Source: Planctomycetota bacterium
GTDB lineage: Bacteria > Planctomycetota > UBA8108 > SXIK01
Assembly: GCA_965223845.1 (NCBI GenBank)
Contig: CBDCXR010000004.1
Location: forward strand, 2,272,001-2,336,000
Reading direction: 5' to 3'
Length of the DNA: 64,000 nt
Part shown: positions 18,241-29,030 of the stretch, piece after piece
Numbering within the stretch: position 1 is the stretch's first letter
Layout of the letters: every line of letters begins with the position of its first letter
Program-made: the position numbers and the translations under genes
Notes under the pieces: model-generated
Databases searched by the model: none
The model's input: the letters and a program-made list of their open reading frames with translations, nothing else
What the model was told of the DNA's origin: nothing

Positions 18241-20121
18241 CTACCGATCCCAAGGAAACGCCAAGCTCGGTCGCATCGCGTAACGCTCGACATCCACTCT
18301 CAGCTTCGCCCCACAGCCGGGCTCGAGACGAACGCGGAACGCGCGTCCGTCGACGAGGACAACACTCCGTCCGTTCACGACGCGGACGCAGCGATGCTCA
18401 CCGTAGCTCCCCGTCTGCACGAGCAGCTCTCGCGTCTCCGTCTGATGGATATTGACCAAGGTCAGATCCGCGTCGTCCGGCGAGAGTCGCGATACGAGAG
18501 CGGCGACATCTCGAGGCAGCCCGGCTCGCCGGAGGACCGGATCGAAATAGCGAAACCGCGTGCGCAGGATGTCGCCGCGGTGACCGGGGTGGAGACCGCC
18601 GAGAGTCAACTCGACCATCGCCGTAGTCGTCGCCGGATTGTACGCCATTGGATTGTCGGCAAGGCGTGTATCCGGTGTCGTCTCATCCTGGCGCATGGCG
18701 TGCACGCGGTCCCGGATCCGCTCCAGACCTCGGCGGAGAGATCGCGCGGGGTAGTCCGGGTCCCGACCTTCGAGGTACGCGATCCAGCCGTCGCCCGAGA
18801 GACGCTCTCGGTGTGATTCCGCCATCGACGCGTACCAGATTTCCATCGCGCCTTGCGACCACTTCGACGGACGAAACGCGTACCAACCCTCGTCCCCGTA
18901 CTTGTGTGGATACTGTCGCTTGCCGTCGATTCGCTTCGCATTCGAGTTCACGGCGTCGATCATTCCGCCCCAAGCTTCGAGATAGCGTTCGTCGCCCGTG
19001 AGGAAATGCGCGTTCAGAAAACCGAGTACGCCGAGGCCGATCGTCTGACGGTGAGCGATCTCTCCCGTCTGCGGGACCTCGACGCTGAACGCCCAGCCGT
19101 AGACGCCCCCGTACCACTTCCCGTCCGTCGCGCCGCCGATGGTGCCGTCGAGGCCGATGTTCGATGGGATGATTCCGCCGTTCCGCTCCGTACGATCGAC
19201 CCAAGCATCCACGTAGGTCAGCAACCAATCGCGGTACCTTTCCTCGTGCGTGAGCATGTAAGCGTTCAGCGCGAGCGACGTCGAAGCGAGGTTGGATGGG
19301 TGATCACCGATGACGTCGTTGTAATCTTTGAAGTGAGCGAGCATGTCGGCGTAGTCGCGCTCGCCGTGAAGCAGCTTGAATCTCTCGGCGCCTGCAATCG
19401 GATCGCCGGCCCAGTCGACCGCAGTCGCCTTCCGAAGCAGGGGACCGCGACTGCCGTTGAGCAAGCTTCGGATGATCTTCCGCTCCGGATCGTAGTTGGG
19501 AGCCTGTGGATCGCCCCCGAGGTAGAACTCGGCGTAGCGACGCACGCGCACTCGAAATCGCTCGTCCTTCGGGTCGGAGAGCCCCTGAAGATTGAAAACG
19601 GTGAGTCCTTCCCCGTTGTGGAGCCAGTCCATCATCACGGGGAACTCCCGGTAGTACATGCCGTCCCGGGCGAACGGGACCTGCGTCGTCCGAGCTTCCG
19701 TGTACTGACGAAGATGCCCCTCCCACGCTTTCTTGTAGAGCTCGAGGATGCGGTCGGGAGCTCCGAGCGCGTGAAGAATCGGCCAGTCGTTACAGTTCTC
19801 GATCGCGTCGTCGGGGCCGTCGTTCCCGCCCCACCGTTCGACGCAGAGGAGGTATCCGCGGTCGTCGAAGTAGCGCGAGTAAAACTCCTCGCACGCGACC
19901 GAGTTCGCGCGGAGAAGCTCGCGCTCGAGGAGAGCCCACTCCGGGGGCGGCATCGGCGTGTCGATGCGCACCGTCGGCCCGCTCGCCTCCGCCGCGACCG
20001 CTATCGCGGTGAGCGCGAGGCTGAGAACGCAGAACAGCTTGATGGGCATCGGACGCCTCAGCCTCCGCACAAAGCGATCGCAGCTCGGATTCGCGCGCGA
20101 GTGAGTTCGCACTACGGTCAT
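18241..20121 (-). CDS. Conserved uncharacterised exported protein (alternative start 20049)
   Basis: Long ORF with signal peptide ([20 protein letters not shown]); [21 protein letters not shown] and WYGGVYGW motifs; overlaps the upstream gene stop. Confidence 0.8.
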   Translation of the reverse strand: MTVVRTHSRANPSCDRFVRRLRRPMPIKLFCVLSLALTAIAVAAEASGPTVRIDTPMPPPEWALLERELLRANSVACEEFYSRYFDDRGYLLCVERWGGNDGPDDAIENCNDWPILHALGAPDRILELYKKAWEGHLRQYTEARTTQVPFARDGMYYREFPVMMDWLHNGEGLTVFNLQGLSDPKDERFRVRVRRYAEFYLGGDPQAPNYDPERKIIRSLLNGSRGPLLRKATAVDWAGDPIAGAERFKLLHGERDYADMLAHFKDYNDVIGDHPSNLASTSLALNAYMLTHEERYRDWLLTYVDAWVDRTERNGGIIPSNIGLDGTIGGATDGKWYGGVYGWAFSVEVPQTGEIAHRQTIGLGVLGFLNAHFLTGDERYLEAWGGMIDAVNSNAKRIDGKRQYPHKYGDEGWYAFRPSKWSQGAMEIWYASMAESHRERLSGDGWIAYLEGRDPDYPARSLRRGLERIRDRVHAMRQDETTPDTRLADNPMAYNPATTTAMVELTLGGLHPGHRGDILRTRFRYFDPVLRRAGLPRDVAALVSRLSPDDADLTLVNIHQTETRELLVQTGSYGEHRCVRVVNGRSVVLVDGRAFRVRLEPGCGAKLRVDVERYAMRPSLAFPWDR

Positions 20122-22985
20122 TCTCCGCTCTTCGACGCCGGGCTCTCAGAGTCTACGAACACTGCTCCCGGAAGCACCCACGCGTGAGTCCGACCGTCCC
20201 GAGCCGTCACCTGAAGGTGCACGTCGTAGCGCCCAGGGTCGCGATAGATGTGCCGCGGATTCTGCTCCTCACTCGTTCCGCCGTCCCCGAACGTCCAGCG
20301 CCAAGCGACGATTTCCCCCACCGATCGATCCCGAAACCTCACCGCGACGGGCGCCGCGCCGCTCGCGGTCCCCACGTCAAACCACGCGTTCAGTGCCGGG
20401 GGAACTTCGTAGCCGAGCGCGGTGAGCTTCGCGTCGAGGTGCCGGTAGCGCTTTCGCACCCAATCCTCGAAGGCCGCAAAGCGTCGATCGAAATCGTCGT
20501 CGCCGCCGTACGATCGCCAGAGCGCGCGGTCGCGAAGCATAAGCGGACGGATGCGATCACGGAGAGCCCGGGCCTTCGGAAGCAACACGGCCGGGTCGTA
20601 GTAGTGGCTAAGGGCCTCGGCGAGTCGCCGGTAGTAGCGACGGCGGAAGGAATTCGTTCGACGAAGCACGGCGTCGATCACCCCGTTCACCGGTCCGTCG
20701 CACTTCGGATGGACACGCGTGCCGAAGAGGAGGGCGTCGTCGTTCGTCTCGTCGTCCCAATGATTGTACCGAAGGCGGTCGTTCAGGATTCCTCCCCAGC
20801 CACGGCACTCGAAATTACGGCCGTGCGTGAGATCGAGGTCCCAAGGCAAAAAAGTGAAACGTCCGTCCGGGCTTCGGTGAACGAGATAGTTTTTCTCCAC
20901 ATGGTCAGCGTTGTGAATCAGCTGATTCGCGACGAGGAAATCGAGGAACGAGTCGACGGCGATCGTTTCTTCAATCAAGGCGTCGAGCTCTTCGCCGCTA
21001 ACCCTACGTATCTCGTCGAGCCACGCCACGAGCAGGTCTCGTGCGGTCGCCGGATCGCCAGCTTCGAGCTCGAATCGTCCGCCCCGGCCGTTCGCCGACG
21101 AGTACGCCTTCCACAGATGGCCCGACTGTCCGTTCCTCGTTAGATAGGTCTCGCCGGGATTCTCGACCTGCACGTAGAGACCGTAAAACTCACCGTTCAG
21201 CTCGAGTACGACGTGCTCGACGGCGCAGTGCGGGCGCCCGAGGTCACGCCAGAGACGAAATCCGAGCATCTCTCGGAGGGCGATCTTGTCTCCGTACGAG
21301 CTGTTCAGATTCACCGTTCGGATCGGCCTCCGTCCGCGCCCGAGACGAAAGCGATTCGCCTTCGGAAACTTGAGTTTCCAGTGACGTTTTGGATAAGCCC
21401 GCGAGGTGTGGCCGCGGTGGCGCACTCCGACTCCGGAGTAAACCACACCGTCGTAGATGAACGTCGCGGGTCGGTAGGCGTCCGAGTGCGGGTTCCGCCG
21501 GAGATCCCGCGCGACCTCGGGCGCAACGCGCAGGCGATACACCGGGACGGCGCTCGGAGCCCGGGGCGGTTCGACAAAATAGCCTCGACGCGACCCGAGC
21601 TCCCCCTCCGGGAAACGCGTGATCTGTTCGCGCGCGTCCGTCGCCGTCACCCAGTATTCGACGAGGGTCTCCGCGGCGACGCCAGGAAGCGACGCGGCGA
21701 AGTCGACGGGGAGTGAGCGCGCGCCAAACTCCGGAGTCACCGCCGTCTGAGTCTCGAGCGGAACGCGTTCGACCGCCCCGCCGTCTCGAGCGACATGCAG
21801 AATCAGGGATTCGAAGGCGACGTCGCCGGGACGGACGCGAGCGGTGATGGTGACGGGCTCACCGGGGCCGGGCCGGAACGGTTCGTGACGCACGCTCTCG
21901 ACGAGACCCGGCAGAACCTCGGTCGCGGTCGAGTTCCTGGCACCGGGCGTTCCCTCACTCGGGACGGTTTCGATCCAGATCGAATCCCGCCGATTCCCGG
22001 CGCCGGAGAATCGGGCGACAAGTGCGCCGCTATCCGCCTCGAAACGAGCCCAAAACTCGACTCGACAGCGGGAGCCGGCCGTCACCGGCAAGTCGCGACG
22101 ATCGACGGCCGACGACCCGGACGATCCCGCGCCCTCGGCGACGACGCGCATTCCCGGCGTACCGCCTCGCCCGGCGCTCGGGTCGATCCGGCTCGCCCGG
22201 TGACCGCCGTACGGCCGCCAGCTCCTGCCGCGCGAAAAATCGTCGCGAAGGACGACCTTTCCCGCGGCGTCGCGGAGAACGAAGTCGTCGACGACGCACG
22301 CGCCGGAACCGAGAAGATAGAAGTAGAAGCGCTGCGAAGTAACGATTCCTTCGCCCGTCACGCGAACCCAGCCGCCACCGCCCGAAGCGCTCCAGTTGCG
22401 GACGTCGTCCGCCCGGCGAGACGCGCTCCTCCGCTCGAGCGACCTTCCCGCCCCGATGGTCGGCCACGGCGCCCCACCCGCATAGGCCAGCGACTCGACC
22501 GTCGAGCCGTCGCGGTCGACCAGGTGAATCTCGCCTCCGGCATCGTCGAGCTCGCCCGACCAACCGCCAACGACCTCGCTCGCCGCGACGCGCTCGCGGA
22601 TTCGCGCGGCGTCGGCCGCGACGAGGAGAAAACCGTCGGCAGGAATCGAGGTCCCGCGGGGGAGTTCGATCTCGACGGATCCGCCGAGCCGCCAGCCACT
22701 CACGTCGGCGCGCATCCCGCTGCGGTTGTAGAGCTCGATCCACTCTTCGTTCGGCTCGCCACTCCGCGGCGAGTAACAGATCTCGTTGACGACGACGCTC
22801 GCGCGCACCTCTTCCCGTGTGGCGACGGGACCATCATCGACGGGCTGCGAAGCCGCATCGACTTGACGCCTCGCCGACTCGTCCGGCCCCTCGGGAAGAG
22901 CCGCGTTGACGGGAACCTCGACCGTCCGAACGCAAGAGAGCGATGCACTCACGAGGCAGATCGAGATGAGGAACGCGATGCGCAT
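20118..22985 (-). CDS. Secreted lamin-tail + CotH kinase + PKD domain protein
   Basis: GGAGG RBS; signal ending SLSC; VVVNEICY...EEWIELYN (LTD); [27 protein letters not shown] (CotH); WRWTFGDG...NPRHIY...GRYDV (PKD). Confidence 0.85.
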   Translation of the reverse strand: MRIAFLISICLVSASLSCVRTVEVPVNAALPEGPDESARRQVDAASQPVDDGPVATREEVRASVVVNEICYSPRSGEPNEEWIELYNRSGMRADVSGWRLGGSVEIELPRGTSIPADGFLLVAADAARIRERVAASEVVGGWSGELDDAGGEIHLVDRDGSTVESLAYAGGAPWPTIGAGRSLERRSASRRADDVRNWSASGGGGWVRVTGEGIVTSQRFYFYLLGSGACVVDDFVLRDAAGKVVLRDDFSRGRSWRPYGGHRASRIDPSAGRGGTPGMRVVAEGAGSSGSSAVDRRDLPVTAGSRCRVEFWARFEADSGALVARFSGAGNRRDSIWIETVPSEGTPGARNSTATEVLPGLVESVRHEPFRPGPGEPVTITARVRPGDVAFESLILHVARDGGAVERVPLETQTAVTPEFGARSLPVDFAASLPGVAAETLVEYWVTATDAREQITRFPEGELGSRRGYFVEPPRAPSAVPVYRLRVAPEVARDLRRNPHSDAYRPATFIYDGVVYSGVGVRHRGHTSRAYPKRHWKLKFPKANRFRLGRGRRPIRTVNLNSSYGDKIALREMLGFRLWRDLGRPHCAVEHVVLELNGEFYGLYVQVENPGETYLTRNGQSGHLWKAYSSANGRGGRFELEAGDPATARDLLVAWLDEIRRVSGEELDALIEETIAVDSFLDFLVANQLIHNADHVEKNYLVHRSPDGRFTFLPWDLDLTHGRNFECRGWGGILNDRLRYNHWDDETNDDALLFGTRVHPKCDGPVNGVIDAVLRRTNSFRRRYYRRLAEALSHYYDPAVLLPKARALRDRIRPLMLRDRALWRSYGGDDDFDRRFAAFEDWVRKRYRHLDAKLTALGYEVPPALNAWFDVGTASGAAPVAVRFRDRSVGEIVAWRWTFGDGGTSEEQNPRHIYRDPGRYDVHLQVTARDGRTHAWVLPGAVFVDSESPASKSGE

Positions 22986-23091
22986 CGAGCCTCCGCGACG
23001 GCCGAACTCAGGTGGGCACGGTATTGTAGCTGCGCGCGTCCGCCGCACCCGTTTTTCTTCTCCCGTCCTTCGCGAGCTGGCGAGCGACGGG

Positions 23092-23724
23092 TCACACCAC
23101 CACGAGACACTCGACGCGCGCCGGACCGTGTACGCCTTTGACGAGCCGCTGCGCGATGTCGGCCGTTCGACTCGGCCCCGTCACGACGACGAGGTTCGAC
23201 GGAAGACTCCCGTCCCGAAACTCGGCGAGGACGTCGCCGAAGTCGGCGACGATCTGAGATTCGTCGATCACCGCGACGTGGACGGGCGGCACGAGCGAGA
23301 GTCGCCGCGGGCGACCAGGACCCGAGCAGACGACGAGACTCCCCGTCTCCGCGACCGCGAACCGAACGCCGGTGACGCCACAGCCGGCCTCGAACAGCGC
23401 TTCCTCGGACGCGTCTCGCAGACCGATGTCCTCGAGATCGGGAAAGCGCTCGAGGAGCGCGGTCTCGACGATCGCCGGCCCGTGCTTGTCCGTCCGCGCC
23501 CTGGCTGCGCGGGCGAGCGTGTCGCGCGAAACTCGCTCGACGTCGACCCCGAGCGCCCGCGCGCGCTCCGCGAAAATCGCCGCGAGGTCTGCGCCCGGTG
23601 CGAGCGTCCTCACGAGCGCCGGATCGATCGCCGGCGGCGCGGGCGGAGAACGGAAGCCGGTGGCCCGCTTCACGTCGTCGAGGACGGGATGACTCTCCGT
23701 ACGGCGCGGGCGCGGATGGTTCAC
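23092..23724 (-). CDS. lutC: Lactate utilisation protein C (LUD domain)
   Basis: [32 protein letters not shown]; GTG 23724 overlaps the lutB stop. Confidence 0.85.
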   Translation of the reverse strand: MNHPRPRRTESHPVLDDVKRATGFRSPPAPPAIDPALVRTLAPGADLAAIFAERARALGVDVERVSRDTLARAARARTDKHGPAIVETALLERFPDLEDIGLRDASEEALFEAGCGVTGVRFAVAETGSLVVCSGPGRPRRLSLVPPVHVAVIDESQIVADFGDVLAEFRDGSLPSNLVVVTGPSRTADIAQRLVKGVHGPARVECLVVV

Positions 23725-25115
23725 TTCGAACTCTCCCTCCAAATGGCGCGAAATGACTTCGCGGGCGGTACGGGAAAGTCGCGCTCGACGCGCGTCCAGC
23801 GCCGAATCGATCTCGCCTTGGTCCATCCCCCGCGCGAACCGAGCCCGAGACTCCAGCGCAGCATCCGCTGAGCCGCGCGATAGAGTCGCGGTGAACGCAT
23901 CGCCGAGAGGGCGGCGCGAACGAGAGCGCGCTTCCCGCGCGATCCGGCGCCGAGACCCGCCGATCGCGCGCGCAATTCGACGAGCAGCCGCGGAATGTCG
24001 ATCTTCACCGGACACGCTTCGAGACAACCGCCGCACAAGCTCGAGGCTTCGGGCAAGGCCGCGCGATCCTTCTCGCCTTCGAGAAGCGGAGTGATGACTT
24101 TCCCGATCGGCCCCGGATAAACCGAGCCGTAGGCGTGCCCGCCGATCGTTCTGTACACGGGGCAGGCGTTGAGACACGCACCACACCGAATGCAGCGGAG
24201 CGCCTCGCTGAACGGCGTGCCGAGTAGCGCGCTCCGCCCGCGATCGAGAAGCACCACGTGTAGTTCTTCGGGGCCGTCCGCGTCGTCCGAACGCTTCGGA
24301 CCCGTGACGAGGTTCGTGTACACGGTGAGCGCCTGACCGGTCGCGCTCCGTCCGAGCAGCTTGACGAAGACCGCGACGTCGTCGAGGCGGGGAATGAGCT
24401 TCTCGATCCCCATCACGGCGACGTGGACGCGCGGGAGCGAGGTTACGTAGCGGCCGTTCCCCTCGTTGGTCACGAGGACGAGCGTCCCGGTCGACGCGAC
24501 GCCGAAGTTGACTCCAGAAATGCCGAGATCGGCGCGGCGAAAGATCGGCCGGAGATGCTCGCGCGCCGCGCGCGTGAGCTGTTGCTCGTCTTCGGTGTAG
24601 TCGACGCCCAGCTCACGCTCGAACGCTCGCGAGATCGTCTCGATGTCCTTGTGGATGATGGGAAGGACGATGTGGCTGGGGTGATCGTTCTCGATCTGGA
24701 CGACGAACTCGCCGAGATCCGACTCCACCACCTCGACTCCGGCGGCGGCGAGCGCTGCGTTGAGATCGATCTCCTCGCTCACCATCGACTTTCCCTTCAC
24801 GGCGCGACGACATCCCGCGGACCGCGCGATCTCCGCGACGGTCTCGACCGCCTCTGCGGCGGTCGAGGCGAAGTGTACGTTCGCGCCGCCGTCCTCGAGG
24901 CGCGCCACGAACTCGTCGAGGTACGCGCCGAGATGCTCGAGCGTGTGGTCCTTGATGCGTGCCGCGAGATCGCGCAAGGCGTCAATGTCGGGAAGCTCGC
25001 CCCAAGCGGCCCGGCGGCGGGCGTCGAGCGCAGTCGTGGCTTCCCACACGGCGCCGGTCATGTCGGGCGTCGCGAGGGCATCGCGGACGCGCTCCTCGAA
25101 CGACTCCGTACTCAA
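23721..25115 (-). CDS. lutB: Lactate utilisation protein B (LUD + 4Fe-4S)
   Basis: KGKSMVSEE, ESDLGE, PSHIVLP, TNEGNGR, CIRCGACLNACPVY, SLCGGCLEACP. Confidence 0.93.
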   Translation of the reverse strand: MSTESFEERVRDALATPDMTGAVWEATTALDARRRAAWGELPDIDALRDLAARIKDHTLEHLGAYLDEFVARLEDGGANVHFASTAAEAVETVAEIARSAGCRRAVKGKSMVSEEIDLNAALAAAGVEVVESDLGEFVVQIENDHPSHIVLPIIHKDIETISRAFERELGVDYTEDEQQLTRAAREHLRPIFRRADLGISGVNFGVASTGTLVLVTNEGNGRYVTSLPRVHVAVMGIEKLIPRLDDVAVFVKLLGRSATGQALTVYTNLVTGPKRSDDADGPEELHVVLLDRGRSALLGTPFSEALRCIRCGACLNACPVYRTIGGHAYGSVYPGPIGKVITPLLEGEKDRAALPEASSLCGGCLEACPVKIDIPRLLVELRARSAGLGAGSRGKRALVRAALSAMRSPRLYRAAQRMLRWSLGLGSRGGWTKARSIRRWTRVERDFPVPPAKSFRAIWRESSK

Positions 25116-25864
25116 ACGACCGCCTCGAGCCGCTCGAGATCCCAGCCCTGCGCCTCCGCGATCAACTCGGCGACGTGCCGAATGCGGATCGACGACTCAC
25201 GCCGGTGGAGCCCGCCTCCGATCTGGAGCCCGCACCCCCCCTCGTTGCAAACGAGCAGCTTCGCGCCCGTCGCCTCGATGCCCCGGAGCTTCGTCCGAAG
25301 CATCCCCGCGCTGATCTCGGGACAGGTCGTCGCGAAGGTGCCGCCGAAGCCGCAGCATGCGTCGAATCCCTCGGCGGCGCGGTAGTCGTCGCCGAGACGC
25401 GCCGCGGCTTTCTCCGCGCGGGAGGGGTCGACCAGCCCCCGCAGATGGCACGGATAATGAAAGGTATGCGCATCGGTCCGCCGCACGCCGAGTGCGTGCC
25501 AATCGACCGCTAGCACGTCGTCGAGGAAGGACGTGAACTCCCAGCACTTCGCCGCGAGCGCGCGCACGGACGCGCGCTCCGCGTCGTCCCGGCACAGGTC
25601 TGCCCCGTGAAGCTTCACCATCGCGGTGCAGCTCCCGCTCGGGCTCACCACATAGTCGTAGTCGTCGAAGACGCGCGCCATCCGAACGAGCAGTCGCTCG
25701 GCCTCGCGCGGGAGGCCGGCCGTGTAGCCGGGCTGTCCGCAGCAAGTTTGCTCCTCGGGAAACCCGACGTCGCACCCGAGATGCCGGAGCGTCTTCACGA
25801 CGGCGACCGCCACGCGCGGAAAGAACGTATCGGTGAGACAAGTGACGAAGAGACCGACCCGCAC
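25112..25864 (-). CDS. lutA: Lactate utilisation protein A (CCG-domain Fe-S protein)
   Basis: GLFVTC, QTCCGQP, PSGSC, HYPCH, CCGFGGTF; GTG 25864 with GGGAG RBS. Confidence 0.9.
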   Translation of the reverse strand: MRVGLFVTCLTDTFFPRVAVAVVKTLRHLGCDVGFPEEQTCCGQPGYTAGLPREAERLLVRMARVFDDYDYVVSPSGSCTAMVKLHGADLCRDDAERASVRALAAKCWEFTSFLDDVLAVDWHALGVRRTDAHTFHYPCHLRGLVDPSRAEKAAARLGDDYRAAEGFDACCGFGGTFATTCPEISAGMLRTKLRGIEATGAKLLVCNEGGCGLQIGGGLHRRESSIRIRHVAELIAEAQGWDLERLEAVV

Positions 25865-26062
25865 GCGCGACTCCCGTGTCGCCCGGCCGCGGTTCTGAGC
25901 TCTACACGCCGCGTCGCGCGCCGGCCGGGCGTCGGCGCACCGTCTCGCAGCGACTCCTCGCTCGAGCGGGACAGATTGTACCCGACCGAAGAGAGGACGA
26001 AGAGCCGCTAGGAACGGACCAACGGCGCGAAACACCCGCGCCGACGCGGTGTGCCCCGCCGC

Positions 26063-27250
26063 TTACGCCCGAGCGGCCCCGGTGGACTCGCTCATTCGGG
26101 CGAAGGCCCGGTCGACATCTTCGATGAGGTCTTCGACGTCCTCGATACCCGCCGAAAGTCGAAGCAAGCCGTCCGTGATGCCTTGGGCCTCCCGCTCCTC
26201 CGAGTTCATCCCCGAGTGTGACGTCACCGCGGGCCGGCAGATCAGACTTTCGACTCCTCCCATGCTCGTCGCTTCCGTCAGCAACTCGAGCCCCGCGAGG
26301 AAGGATCGCGCCGCGCTCAGCCCCCCGGCGAGCTCGAACGACAGCATGCCTCCGTAGCCGTCGAATACCCGTCGTGCGATCTCGTGATCGGGGTGAGATT
26401 CGAGGCCGGGATAGTGAACGACTCGAACCTCGGGCCGTCGCTCGAGGTATCTGGCTAGAGCGAGCGCGTTTTCGGCGTGCTGTCGCATGCGAACGCCGAG
26501 CGTTTTCATCCCGCGGGTCACGAGGAACGCGTTGTGAGGGTCGATGGTCCCACCGAGGTAGTTGAGCAGATGGTGGATCCGCTCGACCCACTCTCGACTG
26601 CCGGCGACGGCTCCGGCGACGAGGTCGCTGTGACCGTTGAGGTATTTCGTGCAGCTGTGGACGCTGAGGTCGTACCCGATCTCGATCGGCCGGAAGAAGA
26701 CGGGCGTCGTGAAGGTGTTGTCGATGACGGAGGTCAACCCGTGCGCCTTCGCGAACGCGACGACTGCCCCGTGGTCGACCGACTGCATGAGTGGATTGCT
26801 GATCGACTCGGTGTAGATCGCTCGCGTGTCGGGTCGGAGCTTCGCGGACCAGGTCTCGGGCCGACGTCCGTCGATGAAGTCGTGAGTGCAACCGAGTTGC
26901 GCGAGAATGTCGACGACGAACGTGTAGGTGCCTCCGTAGAGACGATCCTGCACGAGAAGGTGGCCGCCCGTGCCGCGAAGCGCCGCGAGGAGCGTCGTCG
27001 AAATCGCGGCCATGCCGCTTGCGAACGCGAGGCCCGCTTCGGCGCACTCGAGGTCGGCGATCTTCCTCGCGAGGCACTTCTGGTCCGGCAAGGTCGACAT
27101 GCGGGGATATCGAATGCCGGCGTACGAACCGGTCGTGCCCTCGGAAAACTCGAACACCGAGGACTGAAAGATCGGGGTGACGACAGCGCCTTCGTAGCGC
27201 GGCCGAGGGTCACCGGCGTGGACGGATCGGGTGGCGATTCGGGGCATCAT
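26063..27250 (-). CDS. PLP-dependent trans-sulfuration enzyme (cystathionine gamma-lyase/synthase or methionine gamma-lyase family)
   Basis: TPIFQSS, FASGMAA, DNTF, HSCTKYLNGHSD (PLP lysine), GYGGMLSF, LLRLSAGIED. Confidence 0.92.
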   Translation of the reverse strand: MMPRIATRSVHAGDPRPRYEGAVVTPIFQSSVFEFSEGTTGSYAGIRYPRMSTLPDQKCLARKIADLECAEAGLAFASGMAAISTTLLAALRGTGGHLLVQDRLYGGTYTFVVDILAQLGCTHDFIDGRRPETWSAKLRPDTRAIYTESISNPLMQSVDHGAVVAFAKAHGLTSVIDNTFTTPVFFRPIEIGYDLSVHSCTKYLNGHSDLVAGAVAGSREWVERIHHLLNYLGGTIDPHNAFLVTRGMKTLGVRMRQHAENALALARYLERRPEVRVVHYPGLESHPDHEIARRVFDGYGGMLSFELAGGLSAARSFLAGLELLTEATSMGGVESLICRPAVTSHSGMNSEEREAQGITDGLLRLSAGIEDVEDLIEDVDRAFARMSESTGAARA

Positions 27251-27324
27251 CGGACTCCAGTTCTGCTGTGGTTCACTCCAGAATCGATCAGAATAAGGGG
27301 TGCAATATTCATATCAATCCTTAT

Positions 27325-27341
27325 ATTGTCACCATGACAAT
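27325..27341. promoter_or_regulatory. Inverted-repeat operator, probably bound by the adjacent MocR regulator
   Basis: ATTGTC-ACCAT-GACAAT perfect inverted repeat covering the regulator's ATG, at the end of an AT-rich divergent intergenic region. Confidence 0.65.
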
Positions 27342-28731
27342 TTGGACTCCGGATCTCTCGAGGTCGACGGGACCCAAGTACCGACGGCTCGCCGACGCGC
27401 TGATCCGTGCGATCAGCGATGGCGAGCTCGCGCCGGGAACTCGCCTCCCGACGCAGCGCGAACTCGCGATTCGATTGGGGGTCACCGTCGGAACGGTTGG
27501 GCGTGCGTACGACGAAGTGCGCGAGCGAGGTCTGATCTCGGGCGAGGTCGGTCGCGGGACCTTTGTCCGAGACGGCAGGCCGGAGGAGCTCTGGGAATCC
27601 GATCCGTTCCATCTGGAGACCACCGAGAGCGAGACCATCCATCTCGCGCTCGACCTGCCCGTTCGCGGCGAGCTCGAAGCGCAGCTCAGCGAGTGCTTGA
27701 GTCGCTTCGCCAAACGACCGGGCGCCGCCTGGATCTATCACCCCTCCGGCGGCACGGCACCTCAGCTTCGGGCCGCGTCGGCGTGGATCGCCGAAACAGC
27801 GGGGCTCGACGTCGCGTCCGACGAAATCGTGATCACGAACGGCGCGCAGCAAGCCGTTCTCGTCGCGCTCTCCTCGACGGCGACATCGGGCGACGTGGTT
27901 CTGTCGGCCAACCTCGTCTATCCCGGCATGACCGCTGCGGCTCGATGGCTCGGCCTGAAGCTCGAAGGCGTCGCGCTCGACGAGAGCGGACTCGTTCCCG
28001 CTGCGCTCGAGGAAGCGTGCCGTCGCCACCGACCGCGCGTGCTCTATTGTCTTCCGACACTTCAGAATCCGACCGGCGCGACGATGCCCGAAGAGCGGCG
28101 GCAGGCGATTCTCGATCTCGCGATCGCTCACGATCTCGCGATCGTTGAAGACGACACCTACCGGTTCCTCGCGCCAGACGCACCGGCCCCGATCGCGAGC
28201 CGCGGGCGAGGACGCGTTTGGTACCTGACGACGCTTTCAAAGAGCGTCTCGCCCGGTCTGCGGATCGGGTTTCTGTGTCCCCCCGCGGACGAATCTGCGC
28301 GCGCTCGTAGCGCAGTGATGGCGACCACCTGGACCGCCCCTCCCCTCACCGCCGAGTTGGCGCGCGCCTGGGTCGAAGACGGCACGGCCCGGACGGCGGC
28401 TGTCTGGCGACTCGAAGAGGCGAAGCGGCGCCGACAGATCGCTCGTCGCCATCTCGACGATTTCGTCGACCTCGATCACTCTGAACACGCCCTCCAACTC
28501 TGGATCAGCACGCCTGAACCCTGGCGTGCTGCCGACTTTGTGGACGCCGCGCGCCGCCGCGGAGTGCTCGTCACATCACCAGAGCCCTTCGTCGTCGGTC
28601 GCGCGCCCGCGCCCCACGCGGTTCGCGTCTGCTTGGGATCGCCGCCCGACGACGCGTCGCTCGAGCGAGGCCTGAAAATCGTCGCGGAGTTGCTGCGCGA
28701 CGGCGAAGGGGGGCGAGCGGAGGTGATCTGA
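27334..28731 (+). CDS. MocR/GabR-family transcriptional regulator (GntR wHTH + aminotransferase domain)
   Basis: PGTRLPTQRELA...GTVGRAY...GRGTFV; TNGAQQA, LQNPTG, IVEDD, TLSKSVSPGLRIG. Confidence 0.93.
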   Translation: MTIWTPDLSRSTGPKYRRLADALIRAISDGELAPGTRLPTQRELAIRLGVTVGTVGRAYDEVRERGLISGEVGRGTFVRDGRPEELWESDPFHLETTESETIHLALDLPVRGELEAQLSECLSRFAKRPGAAWIYHPSGGTAPQLRAASAWIAETAGLDVASDEIVITNGAQQAVLVALSSTATSGDVVLSANLVYPGMTAAARWLGLKLEGVALDESGLVPAALEEACRRHRPRVLYCLPTLQNPTGATMPEERRQAILDLAIAHDLAIVEDDTYRFLAPDAPAPIASRGRGRVWYLTTLSKSVSPGLRIGFLCPPADESARARSAVMATTWTAPPLTAELARAWVEDGTARTAAVWRLEEAKRRRQIARRHLDDFVDLDHSEHALQLWISTPEPWRAADFVDAARRRGVLVTSPEPFVVGRAPAPHAVRVCLGSPPDDASLERGLKIVAELLRDGEGGRAEVI

Positions 28732-29030
28732 CCCGCATCGTTTCACGCCCCAGATTCGGGGTGCGCATGGGACGAGGTGATCTCGCCGATCCGCTCCAGC
28801 CCGCGCCTCGAGCCGGCTTCCTCGGGCGACGCGAGGAAGATTCGGAAACGGGAACGAGTACGAGTTCGAGACCCGGGTCCCAGTTTCACCTTGCGCCGAA
28901 CGCCACCCCCTGAGTCCCGGCGAACTCGGATTGTCGCGCTGCTGTACCCACCTCTCGCGTTCGCGCTCCCGAGCGTCGATACTGGCCGGCTCGGATCATC
29001 TCCCTCCGGACGCAACTCACTCCGCCTGCG

